DNA of 62,092 bases, filler included, from Sphacelaria rigidula (Eukaryota): assembly GCA_964200075.2 (NCBI GenBank). It is 11 parts of 11 records of this genome, joined end to end, with 100 filler letters (N's around TTAATTAATTAA, not from the genome) between each part and the next. Parts side by side here need not be neighbours in the genome. Positions count along the whole stretch, not along the records: positions 11,310 to 16,863 come from CAXNAA020026374.1; positions 16,964 to 22,517 come from CAXNAA020026375.1; positions 22,618 to 28,171 come from CAXNAA020026376.1; 8 more parts are not named here. The stretch is one strand, 5' to 3'. Under the pieces are notes generated by a model, which worked only from the letters and a program-made list of their open reading frames with translations, ran no database searches and had not been told where the DNA came from. A program made the translations under genes and the position numbers. This document shows, piece by piece, positions 12,301 to 25,281 of this stretch (positions are counted from its first letter, which is position 1; every line of letters begins with the position of its first letter).

Positions 12301-12785
12301 TCCGAAATGCGCCTCCAGGCCTTAGGCGAGGCACGATACACCTGAACAATGTTTTCGTGAAATTGGGAGTTGAATATAGGATTGAGAGTGGCATTGTTTT
12401 TCGACCGGCGTGACATTCACCTTGTAAATTGTTACACGACACGTTGGTACTTGATCCTTGGAGCAGTAGACCTGATGAAGTGTTCGTACACAATGGTTGA
12501 CAGGCACGACTACTCGATTTTAGAGTCGATAAAGTTCTGAAAAAACAATTTGGTTGGGGCAGCTGAGCAGTGGAACCAGCTCGTCCAGAACGTGTTTTTG
12601 TCGAAATCGGAGCCTGCCGCGACGATTCGAAGTCTGCCAACGCACACTTTGCCTAGGGCAAACTATGCGCCCTCCTCGCCCGAGGGTCTCGTGCGCCTTG
12701 GGTCGGGGTGAGGGTTAGTGTTAGTGTTAGTGTTAGTCTGTAACATTGAATGATGTTCCCCATCAACCATCATCGACGAATATTT

Positions 12786-14585
12786 CAAGGGTAGATCGAG
12801 TAGAGTATACTCAATGCTCATTATTTTTGAAGAGTCACACTTTTAGTACTCAAAATTTGAGTAGAGTATATGAGACCATACTCATCCTACTCAAAATTTG
12901 AGTAGAGTATTTAAGGCCGTACTCGATCTACTCAAAATTTGAGTAGAGAATTGAGGTCATACTCAAGTGATACTCAATACTCAAGTATTACTGAGAGTGC
13001 TTACTCAAAATTTGAGTAGAGTATTTGAGGTCGTACTCGATCTACTCAAAATTCGAGTAGAGTGTTTGAGACCATACTCAACCTCCTCGAAATTTGAGGA
13101 GACTATTTGAGGCCGTACTCGATCTACTCAAACGTCGAGTAGAGTATTGAGGTCATACTCGAGTTATACTCTATACTCAAGTATTACTGAGAGTGCTTAC
13201 TCAAAATTTGAGTAGAGTATTTGAGGTCGTACTCAATTTACTCAAAATTTGAGTAGAGTATTGGAGGCGGTACTCGGTCTACTCGAAATTTGAGTAGAGG
13301 CCGTACTCGATCTACTCAAAATTTGAGTAGAGAATTGAGGTCATACTCAAGTGATACTCAATACTCAAGTATTACTGAGAGTGCTTACTCAAAATTTGAG
13401 TAGAGTATTTGAGGTCGTACTCGATCTACTCAAAATTCGAGTAGAGTGTTTGAGACAGTACTCGACCTACTCAAAAGTTGAGTAGAGTATTCGAGGCCGT
13501 ACTCGACCTACTCAAACGTTGATTAGAGTATTTGAGGTCGTACTCGACCTACTCAAAATTTGAGTAGAGTATCGGATGTACCGAAAACCCATATCTTCAA
13601 CTTCAATATTCAAGTCCGTACGCACGATACTCAAACTCGGGTAGGGGAAATACCGAGGTATTCCCAAAGTTACCCACCCATGATGAGTTTTGATTCAAGG
13701 TCAAACTTCAGCAAACATTAGGACCAGAACCAAATGGTACAAAACTAGGGTAGAATGAATGTTGGGTTATTATCAAAAGGCCCTGCGCTTTTTTATTTAT
13801 TTTATGGCCATCCTTCGCTCATACTCCTTGTTGGCTGTGATGTAACGCCGCCCATCTAATTGATGGCCATCGTTCGCCCATGTATAGTAGTCAGCATAGT
13901 CTGAAGTGACGTCACGAAGTCGCCGACTGTCGGGGATACTTACCATACCCAAGGGGTACTCTATACTCAAGTATTACTGAGGGTGCTTACTCAAAATTTG
14001 ATTGAGTAGAGTATTTGAGGCCGTACTCGATCTACTCAAAATTTGATTGAGTAGAGTATATGAGACCATACTCAACCTACTCGAAATTTGAGTAGAGGCC
14101 GTACTCGATCTACTCAAACTTTGAGTACAGTACTGAGATCATACTCAAGTGATACTCTATTCTCAAGTATTACTGAGAATGCTTACTCAAAATTTGATTA
14201 GAGTATTTGAGGTCGTACTCGATCTACTCAAAAGTTGAGTAGAGTATTGGAGGCCGTACTCAACCTACTCAAAAGTTGAGTAGAGTATTGAGGCCGTACT
14301 CGACCTACTCAAACTTTGAGTACAGTATTGAGGTCATACTCAAGTGATACTCTATACTCAAGCATTACTTAGAGCGCTTACTCAAAACTTGATTAGAGTA
14401 TTTGAGGTCGTACTCGATCTACTCAAAATTTGAGTAGAGTATAATTGGAGGCCGTACTCAACCTACTCAAAAGTTGAGTAGAGTATCGGAGGCCGTACTC
14501 GACCTACTCAAACGTCGAGTAGAGTAAATACCCGAGTATTTTACTCGAGTACTCAAAAGTACATACTCTACTCGACCTACCCTTG
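12786..14585 (+). mobile_element. Non-autonomous hAT-type DNA transposon (family B) filled with palindromic tandem repeats
   Basis: TIRs CAAGGGTAGATCGAGTAGAGTA / TACTCTACTCGACCTACCCTTG with 8-bp TSD gaatattt (12778-12785) / gaacattt (14586-14593). The YARNG terminus and 8-bp TSD fit the hAT superfamily. No ORF. Confidence 0.85.
12847..14580. repeat. ~41-bp satellite (TACTCAAAATTTGAGTAGAGTATTTGAGGTCGTACTCGATC) in two arrays, 12847-13571 and 13956-14580
   Basis: Tandem units are directly visible. A variant block tactcaagtgatactc..tactcaagtattactgagagtgct recurs about every 190 bp, giving a higher-order repeat. Confidence 0.95.
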
Positions 14586-14611
14586 GAACATTTCTTTAGG
14601 TCTTTTTTCGA

Positions 14612-15079
14612 TAGATCGCGAGGGTAGGTCACCTGCTGACTCGGCATCAACTTTCACTTGAAAAAAGTATGCGTGATCCGGATGGACTACCCGCACCGCG
14701 GCGGTCGCCCCGGTGGCTCAGTTGGTAACCTCGGAACCTTCTGACGGTTGGGTTGTGGGTTCAAATCTCGGAGCGATCTGGGGTTTTTTCTCACACCATG
14801 CCCACCAGTGGAGAGCGACTATGGCGTGGGTACACAGAGTTCGACTTGATGGTCGACGAGGGAAAGGGACTGCTGAACCCCCCTCGCGATAAAAAAGGAA
14901 AGGCAACCACCGCAGAAGGAAAATGGAGTACCAAAAACAGATGGGACGACAACGCACACACCTGAATCACGGGCTAAGGGTTAATCCTTAGACCGCGAGG
15001 GTAGTCCATCTGAATCACGCATACCTTTTTCAAGTGAAGTTGATGCCGATTCAACCGATGACCTACTCTCGTCGTCTAA
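14612..15079. mobile_element. Palindromic MITE with ~80-bp arms enclosing a SINE
   Basis: cgagggtaggtca..cggcatcaactttcacttgaaaaaagtatgcgtgatccggatggactaccc is mirrored at about 14998-15072. Confidence 0.75.
14701..14945 (+). mobile_element. Intact tRNA-derived SINE (~245 bp)
   Basis: Pol III A box TGGCTCAGTTGG (14714-14725) and B box GGTTCAAATC (14758-14767), followed by a tRNA-unrelated body shared with 8605-8755. Confidence 0.8.
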
Positions 15080-17399
15080 AGGTCAAGTTCCGACTCGAAA
15101 CTTCCCTTGGTGTGAAATTCGAAATAATTGACGGCCATCGTACACGAGCACCAGCCACCTGGCAGCAACATGCCGTTTGTTTGTGCAACCATTTCATAAT
15201 ATATAGCCCAACAACGGGTCGGAAAACATTCGGAACAAATGAAAATCCAATCCTTGGGGTCCGGAGCGCATTTTTTTTTATATTTGAGGAAAAGTGACGA
15301 TGGTGAGCATTCAATTCTTGGGAAAGGTACCCGACCGGTAGGGTACACTGTCATTGTACATAATAATCGGAATAACTTCATGATGACATGGCGATTTCAC
15401 GATTTCACCTATTGGATGGCTGTCGATAGAGCATGGTTGATTTCTTCGAACAATCGGTACTACATTCACTTTGATGATATCAAAATCTCTGATTCGAACT
15501 AGTGCACGTAGGAGATTCCAAATAGGTGACATAAGCCTTGCAACTACCATTGGGAATATGGGCTGGGATGTCACTTCTGATTATCAAGGACGCGGCCGAT
15601 CGACGGAGGCTAGTTAACCCGGAAGAATTAAATGTGCACCCCGGTGTACCATTGACCTTCATGTGCACCCTGGGATAATGGCAAAAACACGTGCGGCTAG
15701 GCAGCGCGGCATGACCACGACCCTGACCGTGGTGCAACTTGAGTCAAACTATTTCAATCCGAGCCAGCACAACCAACGCAGAGTACAGCAGAAGAACAAC
15801 AGTAGCATGATGTCGTTCTCTCTCTCATCTCTCACTACTCGTCGCATGGTCGAGTCTGCTGGACTTCCCCCTGCCAGCTCGAAAACGAAAGAGTGCTCTG
15901 TGTTTATTATTTCAAAGCTCAAAATTCTCTACTCGCTAGTCTCCATCCTCCATCCATGTATGATGCACACCGACAGATGACGAAGGGAAAAGAGGTACTG
16001 CTTTGTGTACCCAGAGAAGCACAGAAAACCCCAGGGAGAGAGAGTGACGTGTACTGGAACAGACAACATCATGGCGACTACATTATATTCTACTGTCTGT
16101 TAGTTGCGCTAAGTCTATCGGTAACGCCATGACGCCCACCGCGCCATCTCTACAGCAAAGTGAGCTATGGCCTACAGACCGGACGGTACACAGGACAGTG
16201 TAGTACTATACTGTATGTACACGGAAGCCCAAATGAAACAACAGTACAGTGCCGTCGTTTTATTATCCACCATCCCGCTGCTTTCATTTCTTCGTCCACT
16301 AGAACCCCTGAAGGATCAGATTACCCCAAAGCCCCGGGAAGCGTGATCCCTTCCTGCCGCCAGCTGTAAAGTTGAACCCATATTTGACCACCAGGGTGGT
16401 CATTTTTGAAGTGAAGATTGTGCCAAAGGCAGGACCCACTCTCAGTGTGACACGTTCTCCATGTTCTTTCAAACAACAGCGGACGAATGCTGTAGGGCTT
16501 CCGGAGCTAACGATCGTTGGGCTACGTCTTAGAATGGTTGACAATATTTTACAAGTATCGCTACCCTTACCGTTAACCTTCACCCCGACCCAACGCACAC
16601 CGAGAACCCTCGGGCGAGGGCGGAACGTCCATTCACTAGGCAAGTGCGGCCTTGGTAGACCTCAAACCAGCGCCGAATTCAACGAAAAAAGCGTTTTGTA
16701 CGCACACGAGGAGCACATGGGGCTGTCAGCCACGACAAATTCCACTTCTCGTGGTTCCTACTCAATTCGAGGAATATCAACCATTCTAAAACGTAGCCTG
16801 TATTTCGTGGCCCGTGGCGAAGGATAGATAGTTTTAACAACAAATTGTGCGAATTGAGGTTTANNNNNNNNNNNNNNNNNNNNNNNNNNNNNNNNNNNNN
16901 NNNNNNNTTAATTAATTAANNNNNNNNNNNNNNNNNNNNNNNNNNNNNNNNNNNNNNNNNNNNGAATATCCCCAGCACATTGGAACAGTTATCCTGGCGT
17001 ACTCTCGCATATTTTTATAAGTCGTGTTTTGGATGAGATAAGGGGCTCCTAACAATTCTAACCACAGAAATTATTTCTGTACCCCTACCGTAGCATCACT
17101 CATCTCATGCAAGAATTGGCCCAAAATATCCCCCCCCCCTCCTATCGTAGGATGACTCTTAAACAGAAAATGTAGGTGCATCGTCCCTGGAGCAAAAAAT
17201 AATATACGTACCGCCCGCAAAGCACAGCGACCCGGACATCCACCAAACATATCAAGGGCATGCAATCAGGTTTGGCTTTTGTGCTCCCTCCCCCTCCCTA
17301 CTTCAGCTACATTGGCCTTTTTACATTGCTTTGACTGATCTGATCCTGGTTGATGGATTTGTTGCTTTGCTGTTTGGTTGATTGGTTGGTTCCTGAGGT

Positions 17400-20300
17400 T
17401 ACGTTATCATCCGCTGCGAATAAATGTATTCGTTTGCAGGGACGAGGTAGACGCACCGGGTTAGATACACAGGAATACACCCGACGGGAGACTGGCGTGG
17501 ATGAATGCAGTCTGTGACAACTTCAGAGTCCCCCGCATACAAGACCAGTTCCCCAAGCTTTTTCGTCGGATATCGACAGTTGAGATCTGCAGCCAAGTTG
17601 TCGCACATAGCCTCATCATCACCCACCACGGAGTGTACGATAATACCTGACCGTCAACCTAGACCTAGTGACAACCGCATGTACACTACATCATTCATCT
17701 CAGATTGTACGAACGCTTGCTCAACTTCAAAGTGAAAAATGGTCTTTCCCTCAGCGCAAGCCACCGCAGCGGCTACTCTGTTGGTTGTCGAGGAAGGGGT
17801 AAGTGAAAACGTTGAAATATTGCCAATCTCTTGACGATCACCCCTAAAAAACAATCGAGCGTTTGCCTTTATTACATAACCATGCTCATCAGTCTTCCAC
17901 CGGAACACCCACTTGGAATCTATTGCTTTCTCTCCTACTGGCGGTGAGTTCATAACTAACAACCAATCATCTAAATGGAGGGTGAATCTTTTCATTGAGG
18001 ATGAGAACCCGTAGAATTGAAATCTTCGTATCCATACAGGATGTTCGAAATATGGTTTCACTCCTTCACCTACGGGTAGCTACGGACAACTGCTTACGCA
18101 CTACAAATTGGATTTCGATAACCGAAATGTTGGGGTCCTAGGTGAAATACCCCCAGAAATGTTTTTTCATCTAGGATCCTCACACTTCGGTTATCGAAAT
18201 CCAAATTTTTAGTGCGTGTAGCAGTTGTCAATAGCTACCAGTAGATGAAGGAATGGAACCACTGTGTGGATACGAAGATTTGAACCCTCCGGGTTCTCAT
18301 CCACAATAAAGAGCTCCATCCTCAATTTCGATGATCGGCTGTCAACTGTCCACGTGTTGTTACGTCCCAATCCTTCCGCCTTTCTGTTAATTGCAGCAAT
18401 CCATACTCTCTTGAAGTGAAAGTTGTAGACATCATTCACCGCCTTTGGTGCTACCTCCGTCTCATCAAGAATACCATATTATGGAAGAACCTCTGAATCA
18501 GACTCCCCTGATTTTCTTGGGTCATCCGTGTCGCCCAGGAATGCCAGCATCGTGTCCGCGCCCCACAAATCCTCCGTAGACAACCACAACGCACTGTGAT
18601 CGCCTTCTAGATGTTGTAGGTCGGGAACGTGTTGATGCAGTCACTATTCTTGGCGTTGTTGCTGCAGCAGTCGTGTCTGTTGCCTGGTCTGCACTAGCGT
18701 CGGCTCAGCCGAATCTAGTTGGTTTGCGGCATCTCCGCCACCGACAGACGATGCCTTCGACGAATCACGATTGGAAGATGGTGCAGACGATGTAGACAAC
18801 GTAGGCGACGCAGGCTACTGTTCCACTTCGTTCTCGCCGTCGTCGTTGCGTGGTTCGAGCTCAGGTTCCGATCGCCCATTGCCATCTCTTTTACGCTCCT
18901 CGGACACCGTATCATCCGTCATTTCCCCCCCCTACTCCGAGGTCCGACTCCCCTGAATCAGAGTTCTCGGCATCGCCCTCCCCGCTCCCTACATCCTGCG
19001 AGATTTCCCCACCCCGCCCAGAAACCGTAACCGCTGTTTGCGAACTTGGGGGGGGGGGTAAACGGCATCAAGTGACATTGTGAGGGGTGATGACATATCT
19101 ACCCTTCGTCTGCATTATCATGGAGTCTCGAGAGTAGCTGTCACCAGGTCCTAAGTAAAACCAATTCTGCGCTTTAGGCATACACTTCGAAGTCCTCTTG
19201 CACTTAATGTATCCTGGCTTGAAAAGGTGGGAGCTTAACCTGGGATACTCTAACAAAGTGTAGTTCATCTGGGGACTTCTTACTAGGGTTAGGCGTGGTA
19301 GCAGAGCGATTTGATGCGTCTACTGCCCAACGATACGATTCAGCCCATATTCTCGCCAGAACATCAATACCGCACAGTACCTTCGCCTGAATTCGTGCAG
19401 CCATAGCGGCCTGCTCAACCATTGCTATCGCACGCTCAGCCACATCCTTATACTCAGGACTGAATGCTGTGGTATACTTCTGTCTAATACCTCGAGTCCC
19501 TACATGGATTGCTGAAAGACCCAGCAAACTCTCCACCACCGCCCGACCTCACAGTTTCAGCTTCCACGACCGAAGGAATGTACTTTGCACCTACATCTGA
19601 GAGGTACCGCTCAAACGCTCTCGTAGCGTCAGACTTGTGTTTATCGAAGTACATCCAGATTTTCCGCGAAATATCATCCCGAATTATAAATGAATACTTC
19701 ATACCATCCGTACTCTCAACTGACTTTGGTCCGGACGCATCCATGAACACTCATTCAAACGGTTTTTCTGCTCTAGTGCTGGTTGAAGTCGGAATGGGGT
19801 TTCGCAACCCCTTCACCATAAAGCACCCCTTGCACCCCTCCAACTTTTCCACCAAAGTCGCCCCCTGCTGTTTCGCTGTTTCCCGCAACAAGCCCTCACG
19901 CAGGTGGCCATGAGACTGATGAAACAGATTGACGTCCACCTGATCGAGGCTGATTTGTATCTTTCCGGGGGCGAGAACAGCATTGACAGACTCATCGTGG
20001 TCAACTTTGCGATACGTCGAGGTGGTTAATGGTGGAAATCGAGTGAAAACCATGATAGCACTCCTTCCTTCCTTCTTGAAAAGACTTCCCGTTCATCAGG
20101 CAGAGTAATCACAGTCCCTCTCTTCGTCACACCATTCGGTAAAGCATGTTCCACGGTCACACTCTGCAGAAAAAACAAATTCACCTCTAATTCCAGGACA
20201 TGCGCCACCCTGCTGATACAAAAAATTAGTTGACCATCGTCACCAACCGATGATACCAACAGTTTGCCGAAATCGGCTATCGGTACTTTATGGCTGTTTG

Positions 20301-21893
20301 CTACAGTGACCGATACACCCGTGCAAGGTTCGTAATCACACACTCTCTCCTTCGATGGAGTGATGTGGCATGGCGCTCCACTATCCGCTATCCAAACCTC
20401 CTTGCCCCTTTCATCTAGAATTGGACGGTTATCTTGTACACTATCTGCTAAGGACGCGTGTTCACCAGTCTTAGTCTCCGCTGCAACGTACGGAAAATCT
20501 GCGGAATCCCTGAAGTTTTCCTATGTACACATCGCGACCATCTTATGAAGTCCCTTGGAGTGTCCCTTGCCTCCACATCCCTTACAAATACGTCCAGGGT
20601 ATCCCCATTTAACATGACCGGTCTTACCACACCCGAAACACGTCAGATTCTTCCAACTTTCTGTGTGTTTGCTGGACTACTGCCGCCAGTATTTCGAGTC
20701 GTACCGCCGGTACCCTGAACCTTGCTGGTACAATGTGCTGTCGTTGATTTTTGTGATCTATTCCCACCCCCTTTACTCTTATCCTTGGGGGTGGAGCCTT
20801 TGTTGCTTGTGTAGAGGGCGGGGTTGTGATCTGTACTACGCGAACCACCTGTTTTGTTTAGCGACATATATATCATATGTATCTTTGACAACGGCTCGTG
20901 TCTACTTCGATTGGAGAGTCGACTCAAAACGTAATTGATCTCGTACAGTGGTGTGCTTAAAGGGAAGGGAATGAAGAAACTCGTCCAAGACAACCGTTTG
21001 AGCAACCTCCAACCCCTGCAACCTAGCACGCGACTGCAGCGACTGTAATCGAATGCAGAACTCATTAGTGTCTTGACCCTTGCTGTACTTTTGGCTGTTG
21101 GACTCGGTCAAAACGTCCGTCTTCGAGCCTGATTTTCGGAGAAACCTGCTCATCCAAAGCACGCCATGCTATAGAAGGTGATCGCGACTCAAAAAGTATG
21201 TGTCTGCCGACCCCATCCTTAACAGTGTTGAGCAACAAAATGTACGCAAACCGTGCTCGTTTGATATCGTCCCAACTTACACCAAACCCTAGAAGCTGCT
21301 GCTTCTTCAATGGATCAACACACAGCGCAGGGTTTCAAAACAATCCCTCGCCGAATCCGTACGTAAAAGCATATCGCTCAACTTCTCGCTTAAACCTCAC
21401 TCACGCATGACCCTCATTGCCGTCGAAGAGGCGAATTTCTCGAACCTTCAATGTTCGAGCATCGACACTAAATAGTATCGACGTACCTAGGATGGTACTT
21501 TGTCTTTGCACATCAACACCCGCACTCAAATACACTTCATTTGGGAATCCAAGACCGGATATCCTACCCAATACCGTACTATTGACTTGAGTATGTAGAC
21601 TCTAGCCACCATTGCTTGAGTGACAGAAGTCTCTAAGTACCTGCACCTCCATTGGGTCGAGCACCGGTCCAGCTCCTGAGCGGTGTTTCCCTCGCTCCGA
21701 AGTCCATCGGAACAGCTTCTTGCCGTGACGAGCCTTCTGTTTCCACCGTTGCGGAAGCCTCTCTAGCCCTACCAGCTTGCCATTCCTTGAAACTATGGTA
21801 ATCTTCCGACGAGACTGGCATATCTTGCGCGGAAACGTCCCGCTCCGCTACTACATTTCTACCCCCTTGCTGCTCGCTTCCTGTCTTACTCAT
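17400..21893 (-). mobile_element. Decayed Ty1/copia LTR retrotransposon internal region (gag-PR-INT-RT; RT truncated, RNase H absent)
   Basis: Copia domain order: gag (AYILLLNTVKD..SPSIAWRAL), protease WIADSGAPCHIT (~20360-20395), pre-integrase HQSHGHL..CKGC, integrase FMDASGP..IIRDDISRKIWMYF..RSGGGGEF..VAERAI, RT KAIDSKWVFRWKTDEHG..ANARL..FEVEQAFVQS..VYM. Many stops and frameshifts. A paired LTR was not found. Confidence 0.93.
17960..18341. mobile_element. ~380-bp fully palindromic insertion (MITE/foldback) interrupting the copia RT
   Basis: Nested inverted arms (caaccaatcatc/gatgatcggctg, ggatgagaaccc/gggttctcatcc, ggatttcgataaccgaa/ttcggttatcgaaatcc) lie between RT peptides NNTWTVD and SPPVGEKAIDSKW. 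Confidence 0.8.
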
Positions 21894-23635
21894 TGTAAAA
21901 ACGTATCTACTATCCCAAGTATATCGTAAGTACTAAACGCTAGCGTGTCGATATAATTCGAGCACACGCTGGCAGCTTGTACAACACCAGTTATCGAGAT
22001 GGAAGCGATCAGACGGAGGTATGTCGATATCTTCATTATCGCTTTGAATACCACCGACACGAGAGGAAAGACACACACTGGTCACAGAGGGGTGAGAGGT
22101 GCGGGAGTGCACTTCCATCAACTCCTTGGTACGCTATGACAAAGGTACCTTGTTTTATCCAATCTAGAACGCACAGCACTCTTTAAGACCACTTTATGTT
22201 TATTCCTTGTCACTTTGAAAAGATAATGAGAAAACCACCGTCCTGCAGATCAGTCCGTACTGTCGGGTAATCCGCCGCACTATTTACCAACAATCTCGGA
22301 ACAGTGTACTGGATCTTACGCTCTTGCTTCTCACGCTGTTCTCAATGAGTCAAATACCACATAATCAACATACCCAACGTATCGTTCACATGCACAACGA
22401 TCGGACAACAACCATCACTGTACCGTACGCCATCCAACGTATGAGCCATCCTACGATAGGGGTGGGGGTATTTTGGGGCATTTGTTGCTCGAAATTTCGA
22501 GTCAGATCGTCGTTGTCNNNNNNNNNNNNNNNNNNNNNNNNNNNNNNNNNNNNNNNNNNNNTTAATTAATTAANNNNNNNNNNNNNNNNNNNNNNNNNNN
22601 NNNNNNNNNNNNNNNNNCCTGCACCAGCTGGCCTGGGCTACACAGCAAGGGTCATCTACAGGATGACCTTGTCCCCCGGTCATCATCCAGGATCCACTAT
22701 ATACTCAACCGTGACGGCGTGATTTCGCTACAGACAGCAAGGATGACGTTGGCGTTGTTCCGCGCTAAGATCAATCTTTCCGAGACCACAACTCAACATG
22801 CCGTGACCATCAGAATGTCGCGACACATATCCTGTGATCCTTAGTGCAAGTGGCCATGTGCACCCGAAGTGTGATCAGAGAATGGAACACATGTCGACAA
22901 ATACCGGAATATTTAGGTCTTTTCACCTGCCTGACTGGTGGGGTTGTTTCAGCGGTATAGCACCTGACACGCGGCGAATTGGTCACCGCTCTACCGAAAG
23001 TGGAGCTCGTAAGAAAGATACCGTTTTACTAGCTACAAAGTTAGGTGTTATAGAAGAACATGGTTTATCAGTACTCATGCGAGAGTGATATGACCCAGAT
23101 ACGTGGTCGAATTACGAGTACAGGTGGCTTTGTGGGTAACGTGTATCGATCGTGACCTTCAACTAATCTCAATATTAGGATGTTCTCGCTGCCCCTTGCT
23201 CTATCCCCCCACCCCACCCCCCACCCCTCCCTTACACAATCCACTGCACCGCCGCCTGCAGCCTGCATACCATAACAGTGAAGAAGCAGGCGTTGCTGCT
23301 GCCTGCCTGCCTTCGAACAGCTTTAAACGATGTCGGTGAGACTCTGTCTCCCCGCAACACGTACGACAAGCTTCACATGTACGTTGGGATCACAACGTCG
23401 GTCCAGGAGAGGACGGGGAGTGATGTCGTTACGGGGGAGCAAACAGCAAAGGAGTTCACGAACGTGAGTAATGGAATGTGAAAGACGGGGTACTGCGAAA
23501 CCGGGTCTGCATTACACGGGGACGGTAGTGGGCATTGGGTGAAGTTTAAATTCGTATTGTATCACATGTGCGCCGCGGGTCATTTATGTTACATCTCGGC
23601 ACTGAGTCAAGTCCGCTTGTATTGTTGTAAACTAG

Positions 23636-24183
23636 TTGCCGGATGGTTTACGACGCGTGTACTGCATCTCCCACCCGCTCATACGCCGAGAAATAACCCA
23701 GTGCGCAGCGAACACGACAGACCTCGACCACGTATGTAATGCAGCACGCACGACGGTCGCAGTGAAGTTGCCGCTCTGGAGCGGGGGGGCGGCGATTCGA
23801 TGTGGGAGCCGGTACCGATATTCTGTTCAGTCGGGAGAAGTTGTGTACGGTACTATGGATCATTTTGAACTTCCACGGACACTGAAATGGCCGACTCGAT
23901 TTCACCGCATCTGCTATATGTTTTTCTCCACGGCCCGTTGGTGTCCCCTCGTCACCGAAAACAGCTGGGTTTGAATTCTCTGTCGCTAGTGACGATGCGG
24001 CACTGGCGAAAGGCCTGCTTCGCCACTACACCGGAAGCAATGAAAGCAATTGCCTGGGCGTTCCAGACGTCAGACCCCGGTGTCGAAATGTATTTCGCTG
24101 ACGTACCTGAAGAGCAAGGCTTACGGCGATCTACACGCCGAACCCGCAGCGCAATCGATCGCCGTCAATATATATGCTCGTAA
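23636..24183 (+). pseudogene. Frameshifted intronless ORF of unknown product
   Basis: Overlapping ORFs 23636-23974 and 23887-24183 read as one protein-like sequence across a frameshift. Confidence 0.3.
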
Positions 24184-24579
24184 GGTATGCACTGCCGGTA
24201 CATCCAGTCGCTTGTTGTGATAATCTCGAGTTATCTTTCATTAATTCGCCGCACCGAAGGATGACGAGAGTGTGTCATGTGGTATGTGTCCTGTTCGATG
24301 GACCGTCAGGACCAATTATCCAGGGTATGACTACACATGTCCCCCCCCTCCGCTCGAAGCAGTCTATTTTCAAAATTGAAGATAGTATTTTTGGTAGAGG
24401 ACAAACCTCGGGAACCTTCATGAACATCGAAAAGGTTTCGAAATAGAAAATACAAAAGTATTCTCCGGCTGTGATGTGCGACCTCACTCATCGTAGTGTT
24501 TTGTAGCAGAATCACTGGAGGACGATATCGTTCCGTGTAAACACCGGAGGTCACGAATTGCAGATGGCTGTTTTCGAGG

Positions 24580-25281
24580 ATGAGCGAGGCCACATTTCAC
24601 AGGCGGAGAGTGCTGATGTGTCTTTATTTCGAATGTATCGCGATGCTTACGAAAGATCTCAAGGACGGTACCCAAACAACATTCATCCTCGATTTCCGAC
24701 CGTACCACGACAGACATTCGAGGGCGAACAAGATGACACCCACACAAAAGGATTGGGATCGGATCACCAAAAACGCCCGCATCGAGCACAACCTGGTGGA
24801 GAGAATCGAGAGCGTGGTGCCGCGTCTTGCTTGGACGGACAGATTTGAGGAATGAGTGCCGTATATCTGTAGCCCGGCCGCCGCCCGAGCTAAGATGCTC
24901 CGTCTGTATCGAGACCACGTCAGAATGCGCCGCCGTGTGCGTAAATATCACTGCATATTAGTCGACCTGTCACAGAATGTGGTGCGACGTGTGGTGCGAC
25001 GTTTGATGTTTTCGATTCCGATTTCTGTGAACAGCGGCGTGCACAAAATGATAGACGCTACGTACGGGTTGGAAGATCTCCAGCTGTTCGTGGGGGACCA
25101 TATATCGTCCGTGGACAAGACGATATCAGAGACAGGAGAAGGCCTGCCGGCTGAAGAACAGGAAGGCGATGCCATGAAGGAATTCGAAAGTCCACGGCCC
25201 TCGGAGCGTGTGCGTTACTCCCCGTCGATAGTTGACTTTATTCTAGGAAAGTTGAGACATATGTTCGCTGTCGCGAGCTGA
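24580..25281 (+). pseudogene. Intronless ~233-codon ORF with one in-frame TGA (24853-24855); unknown product, possibly virus-derived
   Basis: ORFs 24580-24855 and 24856-25281 are contiguous and in the same frame, with protein-like composition and no splice signals needed. Confidence 0.5.

Noticed and set aside
12847..14580. CRISPR array (palindromic repeats at regular spacing)
   Set aside because: The intervening sequences are themselves repeated rather than unique spacers, there are no cas genes, and the array is bounded by TIRs and a TSD in eukaryotic DNA.
14701..14775. tRNA gene (also 7478-7555)
   Set aside because: A and B boxes are present but there is no convincing cloverleaf, and it continues into a shared non-tRNA body, so it is a SINE head.
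15290..16050. Possible reverse transcriptase (DIRS/LINE) remnant
   Set aside because: Only a vague HFDD similarity with many stops, so it cannot be supported without a search.
23370..23415. GIY-YIG-like peptide MYVGITTSVQER
   Set aside because: The upstream GIY motif and downstream Glu helix are not recognisable, and the match is too short.
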